Source: Squalus acanthias
Taxonomy: Eukaryota
Length of the DNA stretch: 64,000 nucleotides
NCBI GenBank assembly: GCA_030390025.1
Contig: CM059432.1
Location: forward strand, 47,804,001 to 47,868,000
Reading direction: 5' to 3'
Both the position numbers and the translations under genes were made by a program. Below the pieces are notes generated by a model. It was not told the origin of the DNA, made no database searches, and saw only the letters and a list, made by a program, of their open reading frames with translations. Shown here one piece after another: positions 61,061-64,000 of this stretch. Each line of letters opens with the position of its first letter. The stretch's first letter is position 1.

Positions 61061-62349
61061 GCTCCCAAGTGGTTTAAGTGTACAGATGATATACGACCAC
61101 CAGATTAACAAACGTCAAGTGCTCTGTTGTCAGTTGTTATTTCATCTAATTTACCATAAAATGGCTTAAACTCACTGTCACTGGTAAATTTCCATGTAGG
61201 ATAGTGCTATACTTAAGGATTGGAGGCATATAAATGAACTGTTTACATTTCTTTAACATCAAAAATGCCCCTTACTGCCTCCACGCAGGACCATTTGCAG
61301 CATTGACTGTGGGAAAATCTGCCATTTTGATTGTTAACTTCTACAAAAACAGCATTTAATCCGTTATGAATCATTTCCCCTTAATTGCTTTGAGTTCATA
61401 AGTCAAACACGTGTCAGTTTAGTATAATGTGTCACAGGTTGTACTGTATAATTCTAATAATTCTAAGGTAGTTGGCAGGTATAATGATGAATTGTGAACA
61501 AATGAGCTTAAAAGTGAGACGAGCAAAAAAGTTGTTTATCATCTGACTTACATATAACAGGTCTATCTACAGCAGCCCTGACTACAGGAGCACGTAAGTG
61601 AGGTAAAGATTCCATACATGTAGTTTATTTTATTTTTTTTAAATGGCAACATTAAACTTCGCATATATATTTTCAGCTACTGTGTCTCCTTCTGCCAATT
61701 CCTCCACTGTCCCACCCACAGATCATTCTGTAGTTGAGAGTGGGTAAGAGAACTGCTGCCGGGGCTCTGCCACTTCATAAGTGGCTGCTCGGAGGTGTGT
61801 GAAAGTGAAGTGGGGTGACTCACTCACCAAGTTTCTCTCACTCTACAAAATGCCTTCCCACTCCGCTACTGCCTCACCTAACCATTGGCTCACCGATACA
61901 GTTAATTATGATTGACTCACATTTGCTTCTTGCTGAATGTGCAATTCTACATGCTCTTTCTCTTCCCTCAGTTCTCGCTGTTGAAACCATTACTCATCGC
62001 ATCAACTTCAACTCAAACTCATTGCTTCTTGGGACCTGAAAACTGTGGAACTCCTTATTTCCTTCAGTCTACCCTCCCTCATAAAAGCCATGATTTTAAA
62101 ACTCAAGCTTGGATCATTTAATCACAACCTCTTGATTTACTTTGTCTTCTCTCATTCTCTTGTCATCCTTGGTGGTGTCCTGCACTATGGGATATACCCC
62201 TTCAACTCGGAAGCTCTATGTATCTACCCCATCAAATCCGTTAATCATTTTCAATATCTCGATTAGATCACCCCTCAACCTTCTAAAATCAAGGGAATAC
62301 AATCCAAGTTTATGCAACCTGTCCTCATATTTAACCCTTATAAGTGGAA

Positions 62350-62802
62350 TGTTAGCATAGTGGTTATGTTACTGGACTAGTAATCCATGAGGCCTGGACT
62401 AATGATCTGGAAACGTGAGTTCAAATCCCACCATGGCAGCTGGGCAATTAATTAAATAAATCTGGAATAAAAAGCTAGTAACAGTAATGGTGATCATGAA
62501 ACTATTGGATTGTCGTAAAAAAAATCTGGTTCACTAATGTCCTTCAGGGAAGGAAATCTGCTGTCCTCACCTGGTCTGGCCTATATGTGACTCCAGACCC
62601 ACAGCAATGTGGTTGACTCTTAACTACCCTCTGAAATGGCCTAGCAAGCCACTCAGTTGTATCAAAGTGCTAGGAAAACACCACATGGACTGCAGCGGTT
62701 CAAGATGGCGGCTCACCACCACCTTCTGAAGGGCAATTAGGGATGGGCAATAAATGCTGGCCTTGCCAGCGACATCCACATCCCATGAATGAATTTTTAA
62801 AA
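62350..62802 (+). mobile_element. tRNA-derived SINE sharing its 3' tail with the 1742/24965 LINE family
   Basis: A box tagcatagtgg, B box gagttcaaatcc, and tail gggcaattagggatgggcaataaatgctggccttgccagcgac. Confidence 0.8.
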
Positions 62803-63319
62803 ATGGGAGCAGTGTTTTTACAGTAAGTATATGGGAGAATTTGCAGTTTAGAATTAGAAAACTTCATAATGTAATGTGTCAGAGATTCAAATCAAGTTTG
62901 AATTATGCTACAAAACATGTTAATATTTCCCTTTATAGACTCACTTACAGTCATGAGGCACAGATCAATGTTCATGCGAGTTCATTCTGAATATATTTCC
63001 CCCCGTCAAAGGGAAAGCGTCGAGGTGAGGGCAAGGTGGGGAACAACGAGCCTTCAAGGGAAAGGGTTAACGTTTTTAAAATGCCATTCAAATGTGGTAT
63101 TTCTTTCAGAAGTACGGGCTCTCGTTTTACTGCCAACTTGCAAAATGATTGAAAATGTGTTGTAATTTTACTGATAAAACAATGGAAATCGTTGCTCAGC
63201 AAAACAAAAAAAAACTACTGGGGAAACACTAAAGTTATGACGTTGGGATAAACCTGTCGTTCCCCTCAAAACTAAGTTCGGAATGAATTCAGAATTGCTT
63301 GCCCACTGTGGCCAGTTAC

Positions 63320-63546
63320 CTTGCTGTTACTTTCGGATCAAACTTGGCTCTGTACTTGGCCACTTTGGTTCTCCTTGCTCCATCGGGGCAGCTCCCGTCG
63401 CTTTGCCCATTGCCCACTCCCTTGGATCCCGGTTTCAGCGGCCCCTCGTCGCACACCTTCGGCTTGCCCTTCACCACCGTCTTCACAAAATCCACGTAGC
63501 AGTTCCTCGGCGGCTCTGGCAGCACTTTACTCGTCCCGCAGCCCAT
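63320..63546 (-). CDS. PSKH2: Serine/threonine-protein kinase H2-like, coding exon 1
   Basis: ATG at 63546: MGCGTSKVLPEPP...VAKYRAKFDPKVTA(R). Donor AG|gtaact at 63320 (phase 2) joins exon 2 to give TARYDIKALIG. Confidence 0.9.
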
Positions 63547-63924
63547 CACTCGGACATGCTGCAGTCAACGAGCTGCCTCTGGCCGGTGCAGACCCAGCTC
63601 GACTCAGCCTGTGATCGCACACTGCTGGTAAGGCAGCCACAGACTGGCACTCTGCATCATAGCGCTACTGCTCCCAAGCGACCCGAGAGGGAAAGAGCAG
63701 CCAGCGATCCTGCAGGTCCCTTCAACATTCCTTTAACATTCACCTGAACTGAAACCAATGCCGAGCCCGCCCGTAACACAGGAGTGGGTGTGTCGACTGA
63801 TCTGACTGCAGAGAGCCCGGTCGGGATTTTTCCAACATATAAATTCCAGGATCTGATGCCACCTTTATGTCAACGTGTGGATCAACTCCATTGCCGAGCA
63901 GCACCAGACCATAATAATACCATT

Positions 63925-63985
63925 GTTTCCAGCATTTCCTGTTCTAATTTTAGATTTCCAGCATCTGCAGTATTTTGCTTTTATA
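63925..63985 (+). mobile_element. 3' tail fragment of the PLE-derived mini-repeat
   Basis: tttccagcattt..tgtt...agatttccagcatctgcagtattttgctttt matches 54297-54359. Confidence 0.7.
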
Positions 63986-64000
63986 ATACCAGCAACAGGC

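Overview
Eukaryotic, repeat-dense DNA, most likely from a shark or other cartilaginous fish, judging by HE1-like V-SINE, Deu-domain SINE, CR1/L2 LINE and Neptune-like Penelope content. The only host gene I can support is a minus-strand PSKH-family Ser/Thr kinase, most likely PSKH2. It has coding exons at 63546-63320 and 55947-55281 and an intact HRD motif. Its last coding exon is not visible, so most of the window is probably one long intron. The rest is layered mobile DNA: a near-full-length CR1 with an intact 983-aa ORF2; three two-gene Harbinger transposons (Myb/SANT gene convergent with transposase), one nearly intact; many Harbinger-type MITEs with 3-bp TSDs and internal hairpins; and a solo LTR nested in a CACTA-ended inverted-repeat element. 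Penelope-like elements and their short derivatives carry minimal hammerhead ribozyme motifs, and all copies I found lie antisense to the kinase gene. Family names come from motif recognition only, and boundaries of degraded repeats are approximate.
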